Shown here: positions 63,456 through 64,000 of the stretch, piece after piece
Position numbering within the stretch: position 1 is the stretch's first letter
Layout: each line of letters starts with the position of its first letter
Source: Tubiluchus corallicola
Lineage: Eukaryota > Animalia > Priapulida
NCBI GenBank assembly: GCA_030141605.1
Contig: JAQGDQ010000065.1
Span: 558,001-622,000 of the forward strand
Length of the DNA stretch: 64,000 nt
Direction: 5' to 3'
Notes under the pieces: model-generated
Told to the model about the DNA's origin: nothing
The model's input: only the letters and a program-made list of their open reading frames with translations
Database searches by the model: none
Made by a program: the position numbers and the translations under genes

Positions 63456-64000
63456 GGGGGGGGGAGGTAGAAATGGGTCATGTGAATTGGGTACCTGTCC
63501 GCCGGCTGACCTAGGAACGGTTAACGAGGGCCGATAGTCGGGCCATTAGTTTTAGAACAGTGACATCCCAGTACTTTGTCAAAGTGACAGTAAATGGCAA
63601 TAGAGCGCTCAGAAGTCGGGATGCTCAGATAGCCAGCTTAAAGATCAGTTTGTATTGCATTGTATTGATCCAGATGACCGAGAGATTTCATAAGGGGGGG
63701 GGGGAGCGGTACGATGAGAGTTGGGGCTTTTTCGTCAATGTCAAGCAGGTAACCAGGTGTGGACTCTCTGTTGTATAGTCTTGAGGTAGGAGCTAACTTT
63801 CTATTGCTATCAGCGTAGACGTCTTCTGCGTAGTTGGATCGAGCCAACCCCTCTGAAGCACAAGTAACAACTCATATTAGGAACCGGACTGGGCCAATTA
63901 TTGGAACTAATAGATTGGCCAGTTCCAGAGTTAAGTGATTTTACTTATCATACTTCTTGGTAATGTGAATATAATTGTATTCAATTATTGGCAGTTGTTC

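Overview
This is AT-rich, repeat-dense eukaryotic DNA, most likely from an invertebrate animal (inferred from the TE repertoire, GT-AG splice signals and long microsatellites). It is not prokaryotic. I find no intact conserved protein-coding gene, rRNA, confident tRNA or CRISPR array. Most of the window is nested, decayed and often internally deleted mobile elements: several LINE clades (RTE, CR1/L2-like and unassigned), BEL/Pao LTR elements, two Penelope-like fragments, a non-autonomous Helitron-like family, and ends of hAT-, Harbinger- and Tc1/IS630-like elements. The most notable observations are five. (1) A glycogenin pseudogene fragment runs in one frame into a BEL/Pao Gag motif (4.2-5.1 kb). 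(2) A Penelope GIY-YIG remnant has a variant minimal hammerhead ribozyme motif in its 3' region (49.3-50.0 kb). (3) A 7.9-kb array has three nested periodicities: 33-35 bp, ~810 bp and ~1.53 kb (50.0-57.9 kb). (4) A candidate 58-aa secreted prepropeptide gene with short introns lies at 27.7-28.0 kb. (5) A foldback-like element has inverted minisatellite arms (42.7-44.6 kb). All calls come from manual reading and translation; no searches were run, and TE boundaries are approximate.
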